NCBI GenBank assembly: GCA_964462555.1
Contig: CAYWXY010000001.1
Span: 1,577-65,576 of the forward strand
Reading direction: 5' to 3'
DNA length: 64,000 nt
Origin: an uncultured Pseudomonadota bacterium
Lineage (GTDB): Bacteria; UBA10199; GCA-002796325; CAYWXY01
Of the stretch, positions 60,055 through 64,000 are shown piece after piece. The notes beneath the pieces are model-generated. The model had not been told where the DNA came from, searched no databases, and saw only the letters and a program-made list of their open reading frames with translations. A program made the position numbers and the translations under genes. The first letter of the stretch is position 1; each line of letters opens with the position of its first letter.

Positions 60055-60435
60055 ATGATCCTGGTTAAAGAAATGATGAATAAAAAAGTGGTTTCTATTA
60101 AGTTGACGGATGGCGTGAAGAAAATCTGTCAGATTCTTACTAAAAATATAATTACCGGCGTTCCGGTAGTTGATAATAAAAAAGAAATTCTTGGTTTCGT
60201 TTCAGAGCGAGACATCATTGCAGCCGTTAATAAGCCAAACTTCATGAAAAAAGTGGCAAAGGATCTAATGGTTAGGGATGTTTATACGGTTGAAGATAGT
60301 GTAAGTCTTAATGAGGTCTCCATGATTTTTTCAAAAGAGATTTTCCGGCATCTTCCCGTGACACGGAAGGGAAAGCTTGTTGGGATTATTACGCGAAAAG
60401 ATATCATCAACCAAATGCTCGGACACTATTACTGA
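60055..60435 (+). CDS. CBS-domain pair protein
   Basis: Two CBS repeats (VVSIKLTDGVKKICQILTKNIITGVPVV...; VYTVEDSVSLNEVSMIFSKEIFRHLPVT...). Confidence 0.8.
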   Translation: MILVKEMMNKKVVSIKLTDGVKKICQILTKNIITGVPVVDNKKEILGFVSERDIIAAVNKPNFMKKVAKDLMVRDVYTVEDSVSLNEVSMIFSKEIFRHLPVTRKGKLVGIITRKDIINQMLGHYY

Positions 60436-60460
60436 TATGCAATACGTTTCGAGAGAAATT

Positions 60461-61417
60461 CTACATTTTCTTCAAATAAAATTCGTTTGAGAGAATGATG
60501 TCTTGATTATTTTCCTTGTCTCTAGCAGCTAGCCGAATCCGATATCGACCAAAAGGGAGATTGATTGGTTTGTTCGAATGACAATCATTTGGTGTCGTCT
60601 TTATCTGAAGGGCCATCCGGTTCATAGGAGATATAATCTTTCCCTCAAGCCCCAGATTAATAGTGCCAGCTTTCACCCACTTGCCTCGGTCGAATCGTTC
60701 CAGTTCTCCACAACCATTTGGTATCAAGGAAGCGTTTGTTTTGCTGATCAACGTGAGACGAATGGCGTCATTTTTAAAATAGTCGTTCTGATTCGTCTCA
60801 AGTTGATTGAGTGAAGGGTTGTTGCCGCTACCCACCAATTTTCTCACTGTTTCGTTTTCACCCCAGGTTCTCGTAGGGCCGGTGTCAATATGAATAAAAT
60901 CGTAGCCGGGATAAAAGCCGACACCACCACAGCCGAGTTTTGTTGCATAATCTCGAATGGCCGATTCAGTCACCTCATCCAGGTGAAAATCGATGGCCTG
61001 GCCCTCCATGTGAAGACTCTCCCGAGCGACGCGTCGACCGCTCTCCTTGAGACCCTGATTGTAGGCTGGGCTCCGATATCCCGAGATAATTTCAACCGTG
61101 CGCACCCCGAAGTGGTCCTGAATATCATCAATAATATCAATAAGTTCAACTCTGATCGGGCGTTCCTGACCATCAGGAGAACGAAGAATATGAAAGATTT
61201 TGGCCAAACCCGCTTGATTATAAGAACCATTTGCATTATACGTCACAACGGTCGACTCATCCAAATGATAGTTATAGAGACTCAGCACCCCATCACCATG
61301 AGGAAGACATTTATTATCGATTCCCCAAGCGGATGGAGCTGCTGCAAGGAAAAGAAAAAGTAGAATTGGAGAAATTAGTATGAAGCGCTTGATATTGGTT
61401 ATTCTTATTTCACTCAT
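60461..61417 (-). CDS. DUF882/peptidase M15A (YcbK-like) protein with signal peptide
   Basis: EIISGYRSPAYNQGL...SLHMEGQAIDFHL (HxxGxAxD zinc-binding motif); signal peptide FILISPILLFLFLAAAPSAWG; AAAGGGG RBS. Confidence 0.75.
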   Translation of the reverse strand: MSEIRITNIKRFILISPILLFLFLAAAPSAWGIDNKCLPHGDGVLSLYNYHLDESTVVTYNANGSYNQAGLAKIFHILRSPDGQERPIRVELIDIIDDIQDHFGVRTVEIISGYRSPAYNQGLKESGRRVARESLHMEGQAIDFHLDEVTESAIRDYATKLGCGGVGFYPGYDFIHIDTGPTRTWGENETVRKLVGSGNNPSLNQLETNQNDYFKNDAIRLTLISKTNASLIPNGCGELERFDRGKWVKAGTINLGLEGKIISPMNRMALQIKTTPNDCHSNKPINLPFGRYRIRLAARDKENNQDIILSNEFYLKKM

Positions 61418-61922
61418 CAGCTGGCCCCTTTCGTTGGCAATTTCATCGGTGCCACAGAAACCCATATTTGAATACGAGGGTGACGGTCAACTCGAAATTT
61501 TTAATACACACAGTCACGAGTTGATGGAGATTGACTACAAAAACGAGGACGGAGAATATATTGAAGAGGGACTTGATGATGTGAAATATATTCTTCGGTG
61601 TCGTTTGACCGACGAAATCATCGCCTTTGATCTACGCTTGATTGAATTGATTGATCATATTCAGGATCACTTTGGCGGAAAGAAGATCGAGATTATTTCC
61701 GGGTATCGAAGTCCGGAGCTTAATTCGGCACTTCGAGCAAGCGGGCGGGGTGTTGCGAGCCGAAGCCTTCATATGCTTGGAAAGGCTGTAGATATACGAA
61801 TCCCAGGGGTGTCAACCCGAGAGGTTCGCAACTATGCTATTTCGCTGAAGGCCGGCGGCGTGGGATATTACTCCGGACCAGATTTTGTTCATATTGATGT
61901 TGGACGTGCTCGTCGTTGGTAG
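61380..61922 (+). CDS. DUF882/peptidase M15A (YcbK-like) paralog with signal peptide
   Basis: IEIISGYRSPELNSAL...SLHMLGKAVDIRI; signal peptide MKRLILVILISLISWPLSLA; GGAG RBS. Confidence 0.75.
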   Translation: MKRLILVILISLISWPLSLAISSVPQKPIFEYEGDGQLEIFNTHSHELMEIDYKNEDGEYIEEGLDDVKYILRCRLTDEIIAFDLRLIELIDHIQDHFGGKKIEIISGYRSPELNSALRASGRGVASRSLHMLGKAVDIRIPGVSTREVRNYAISLKAGGVGYYSGPDFVHIDVGRARRW

Positions 61923-61925
61923 TTC

Positions 61926-62840
61926 CTAATAGTCATCTAACACAGCCACACATTCATCAGAAGAGACTTTGCGCCCGCGCGACGCCACGAGTTCATTGAG
62001 GTTAACCTGGATAACATCGTTTCGTTTTGTCGGATATTTTAACTTGGCCACACGGTCCAGATTGATTTTCTTGATTTCAATTCCGGCCCGCACCAGGGCG
62101 TCGATGAACTCAGTTTGAATATCCTTCGCCCAGCGATAGATATCTGGATGAATCAAAACGATATTGTCCCGAATCTCAACCGGATGGTAAACAATCTGAA
62201 CGTTGAGTGGGGAAATAAGTTTAACCCAATAGCTGCGGCTGCGATGTTTTTTATATTTATTAAATAGTGAGTCGTCAGACCCATTCATCCGTTTTTGGAT
62301 ATACCATGCAAGATTGGCCGCCTCATCGTTGTGCATTCGCAGACATCCATGTGACGCTGCACGTCCAACGCTCTTGTCCTTATTGGTACCATGCAGGCGA
62401 ATTCCCTGTTGCATCAAAAGCTTCACTGGGCCCAGCGGATTGCGTGGTCCGGGCGGCGCCTTGGCAGCACCTCGCGCCCACGGCGAGTTCGGTGGAATCC
62501 ACCATGGGTTCCAGACGATGGTCTCAACGCTCTGAGAGCCAGCCGGTGTCTTGTAGATCGGTTGACCCACGGCAACATCATATCTGCCCACCTCTCGGCC
62601 TTCATCGTAGAGCGAGACCTTTCGTGCCGGAATGTTGATGATCAACTTAAGGTCGGGATAGACCGGTTCCTCAACAACGGGCTCCGGTTCGGCCTTCACT
62701 GCCTTGGCGGCCCTATTGAGACGCTGGGGCGGTAAGATTCCAGCGTATGGATTCTTCCTCGCGATCGACTGTGCCTGGAAGAGCGAAATCAGCAAGATAA
62801 TGATATTGGCGACGATGGCGAATTTGACAAGTTGTTTCAT
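61926..62840 (-). CDS. L,D-transpeptidase (YkuD domain)
   Basis: IRLHGTNKDKSVGRAASHGCLRMHNDEAANL catalytic HG...SHGC(I/L)R motif; N-terminal signal peptide. Confidence 0.8.
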   Translation of the reverse strand: MKQLVKFAIVANIIILLISLFQAQSIARKNPYAGILPPQRLNRAAKAVKAEPEPVVEEPVYPDLKLIINIPARKVSLYDEGREVGRYDVAVGQPIYKTPAGSQSVETIVWNPWWIPPNSPWARGAAKAPPGPRNPLGPVKLLMQQGIRLHGTNKDKSVGRAASHGCLRMHNDEAANLAWYIQKRMNGSDDSLFNKYKKHRSRSYWVKLISPLNVQIVYHPVEIRDNIVLIHPDIYRWAKDIQTEFIDALVRAGIEIKKINLDRVAKLKYPTKRNDVIQVNLNELVASRGRKVSSDECVAVLDDY

Positions 62841-62995
62841 TCGATACCCCCTCTTTTGCTGCGAACCCATCTACTGGGTATGCATGAACCATGCCACCGA
62901 AAATTTGACTCCAAGCAAAAAATTACATTAAATATCGATAGGTTAGATATCGACATATCCTTATCAGATTGGCAAAAGGGTAAAATTTGACATGG

Positions 62996-63015
62996 AACGT
63001 CAACGAATTGACGTT
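62996..63015. promoter_or_regulatory. Perfect inverted repeat AACGTCAA-CGAA-TTGACGTT (putative operator) within three phased TTGAC(A/G) repeats
   Basis: Read directly; TTGACA 62986, TTGACG 63008, TTGACG 63028; between divergent genes. Confidence 0.4.
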
Positions 63016-63095
63016 TAGATGGAAAAATTGACGCTTTCAAGCGGGTTTAGAGATAGTTCTTGAAGGGATTGAGAGCGTCCGATAATAATATAAGA

Positions 63096-64000
63096 ATGGT
63101 GCAACCGATTCAACATAAGCGCAGAGAGATCGGGCCGAAAGGGACCCATCCACCAGTCTCTAAGAAGGTCGTCGCGCGATCATCGGACGGCCCCGCCGAG
63201 ATGATAAAAAAAATTAATGCCGCCCACCGACAACAACGGAGAGATTGGATTACTATCAATCGTAACCATCCATTGTTTAGGGATTGGATGCTCGGACAGA
63301 TAATGAGTTTATGTAGGGATGAACAGATCGATTGTCGGATAGAAAGTTATCGGATGGGTGATTCGAATTTCCAGGGAATCCGAGTGATGCTCACCAGTTC
63401 TAAGTGTGATTCAGGAGATGATTCGGAGGGGTGTGTTGAATCACTCTTTGATGGTTATTATGAACACCGGTGGCTCCCGCTAGGAGTTGGCTATCAAGTT
63501 ATTACGGCAAGTTTAGGGAAAGCAAAGAAAGGGAGTGAAACAGTTGTTATTCCAACTCTTTCACAAGGGGTCTCCAAAACACTCAAGGGAATAAAAAGGG
63601 TTCTGGTAAAGAAGGCTCCAAAAGGGAACGAAGTAGATATCAGTCAGGCCCTGCGGCAAATGGATATCAAGCGAATGGAGGGAATTGCGCGTTGGAGCGA
63701 GTTTGCCGCCAACATGCCTACAGAGCGAGATTTTATTATCGGGCAGACAATTCACATGTGTCGCGACAATGATATCGAATGCAAACCAAATAGTGACACA
63801 GATCTTTTTGGGGAGCCATTTTATAGTCTGGATGTTTCATTTTCGGATGAAGAGGTGACTCTAAACGACGATGCAGAAATGGCGCTTGAGGCCTTTTTCG
63901 ATGAAATGTCGGAAGAGAAGCGCATCCCGTTCAACTTTCAATATCAAATCATCAATACGCACGTGAACCCCGAAACTCATCGAATCGAAGGCTCCATTAT
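63096..64000 (+). CDS. Hypothetical protein, 5' partial view (open frame runs off the window end; not in ORF track)
   Basis: No stop codon from 63057 to 64000 in this frame; candidate starts ATG 63096 / 63201 / 63288; translation MVQPIQHKRREIGPKGT...MIKKINAAHRQQRRDWITINRNHPLFRDWMLGQ... Confidence 0.4.
   Translation, partial: MVQPIQHKRREIGPKGTHPPVSKKVVARSSDGPAEMIKKINAAHRQQRRDWITINRNHPLFRDWMLGQIMSLCRDEQIDCRIESYRMGDSNFQGIRVMLTSSKCDSGDDSEGCVESLFDGYYEHRWLPLGVGYQVITASLGKAKKGSETVVIPTLSQGVSKTLKGIKRVLVKKAPKGNEVDISQALRQMDIKRMEGIARWSEFAANMPTERDFIIGQTIHMCRDNDIECKPNSDTDLFGEPFYSLDVSFSDEEVTLNDDAEMALEAFFDEMSEEKRIPFNFQYQIINTHVNPETHRIEGSI

Overview
This is a bacterial, origin-proximal chromosomal window. The conserved cluster is dnaA(-, partial) | oriC DnaA boxes | rpmH-rnpA-yidD-yidC ... 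mnmE ... mnmG ... rsmG ... parS-parA-parB-bactofilin-atpFF'HAGDC. It is interrupted by three accessory insertions. (1) About 14 kb between yidC and mnmE, where jag usually sits: a 2601-aa acidic, Cys-rich tandem-repeat giant protein built from about 50 six-Cys, 45-aa Ca-binding-like modules that share a DNA-level 672-bp higher-order period, followed by a minus-strand cluster of lipoproteins translationally coupled to a TIGR02147-like protein. (2) About 2.5 kb plus an Fe-S protein around mnmG. (3) About 14 kb between rsmG and parA: a large hypothetical gene split by a triplicated 26-bp tandem repeat, a complete V/A-type ATPase operon (G/H-I-K-E-C-F-A-B-D), and a degenerate HepT/MntA-like pair. 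After the F-type atp cluster come comEA, a 3'-frameshifted polyprenyl synthase, an esterase, a metallophosphoesterase, a beta-CASP MBL nuclease, a sugar locus (SPS-like GT4 fused to a uridine-kinase-like P-loop domain, GT4, beta-phosphoglucomutase, GH65 phosphorylase, CBS protein), and peptidoglycan-remodelling genes (two DUF882/M15A paralogs and a YkuD L,D-transpeptidase). I found no tRNA, rRNA or CRISPR. A 27-nt GGGGTCAGACCCC-containing hairpin element occurs in at least two intergenic sites.
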